Assembly: GCA_024679065.1 (NCBI GenBank)
Contig: JAGIQG010000043.1
Span: 620,001 to 684,000, forward strand
Length of the DNA stretch: 64,000 nt
Reading direction: 5' to 3'
DNA from: Sphyrna mokarran
Lineage: Eukaryota
Shown: piece by piece, positions 63,038 to 64,000 of the stretch
Layout: each line of letters begins with the position of its first letter
How positions within the stretch are numbered: the first letter of the stretch is position 1
Notes under the pieces: model-generated
The model's input: the letters and a program-made list of their open reading frames with translations, nothing else
Told to the model about the DNA's origin: nothing
Database searches by the model: none
Position numbers and translations under genes: made by a program

Positions 63038-64000
63038 TGGGGGAAGGGTAATTATGAGGCCATCAGGAGAGAATTAGGGTGCATAGATTGGACTAGGGAA
63101 CTACAGGGACTGGGAACATCTGGAATGTGGTGCTTATTCAAGGAGCAGCTGCTGCGAGTCCTTGATAAGTATGTCCCTGTCAGGCAGGGAGGAAATGGAC
63201 GAGTAAGAGAGCCTTGGTGTACGAAAAGAGTTGATTTGCTGGTTAAGAAGAAAAAGGAGGCTTATGTCATGATGAGGCTTGAAGGCTCAGGTAGTGCAAT
63301 GGATAGCTATAGATTAGCTAGGAAGGAGGTAAAAAGTGAATTGAGGAGAGCTAAGAGGGGACACGAGAAGATGTTGGCTGATAGGATTAAGGAGAATCCT
63401 AAATCTTTCTTTCGATATGTTAAGAATAGAAGATTGGTTAGGGCAAGATTAGGGCCAGTCATAGACAGCAGTGGGAAGTTGTGCGTGGAGCCTGAAGAGA
63501 TTGGTGAGGCACTGAATAAATATTTCTCTTCGGTATTCACGCAGAGTGCTGGAAATGTAGCTATGGAGAACACTGAGGTACAGGGTTGCAAATTGGGAAG
63601 TATTGTAGTAGATAGGAAGGATGTGTTAGAAATTCTCGAGGGTTTGAAGTTGGATAAGTCCCCTGGGCCGGACGGGATTTACCCTAGGATTCTCTGGGAG
63701 GCAAGAGAGGAGATTGCAGAGCCTCTGGCTCTGATCTTCAGGTCCTCGTTGGTTACGGGTGTGGTTCCGGAGGACTGGAGGATGGCTAATGTGGTCCCAT
63801 TGTTTAAGAAGGGGAAGAGAGACCTTCCTGGGAATTATAGGCCAGTGAGTCTTACTTCTGTGGTGGACAAGGTATTGGAGAGAATTATTAGGGATAGGAT
63901 TTATAGTTATTTAGAGAGAAATGAATTGATTGGGGATAGTCAGCATGGTTTCGTGAAGTGTAGGTCATGCCTTACTAACCTCATTGAGTTTTTTGAGAAA
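63038..64000 (+). mobile_element. Young CR1-A LINE ORF2 segment (runs off the window)
   Basis: Near-identical reverse complement of ~44865-45828. Confidence 0.95.

Overview
Repeat-rich vertebrate genomic DNA, almost certainly from a cartilaginous fish (CR1 LINEs with (CATAGAA)n tails, HE1/V-SINE-type SINEs, Rex1 3' ends, shark-type GPR139-like receptors). Three host genes are recognisable. (1) A complete four-exon minus-strand immunoglobulin-superfamily gene (2504-12792) encodes a 283-aa receptor: leader, germline-joined VJ domain, C1 domain, Cys hinge, Arg-containing transmembrane helix and short tail. It looks like a non-rearranging TCR-like activating receptor. Orphan pieces of a paralogue lie at about 28.9-29.8 kb (degenerate TM exon, +) and about 62.8 kb (intact leader exon and promoter, -). 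(2, 3) Two tail-to-tail GPR139/GPR142-like class A GPCR copies (about 88% aa identical) sit in the arms of a roughly 28.6-kb degenerate palindrome (29.8-58.3 kb). Only the minus-strand copy has its first coding exon. The rest is mostly retroelements. One CR1 fragment (46150-46370) carries a strongly strand-biased A-to-G hypermutation, consistent with an ADAR-hyper-edited RNA that was reverse-transcribed into the genome. All alignments and counts were done by eye; no database searches were run.
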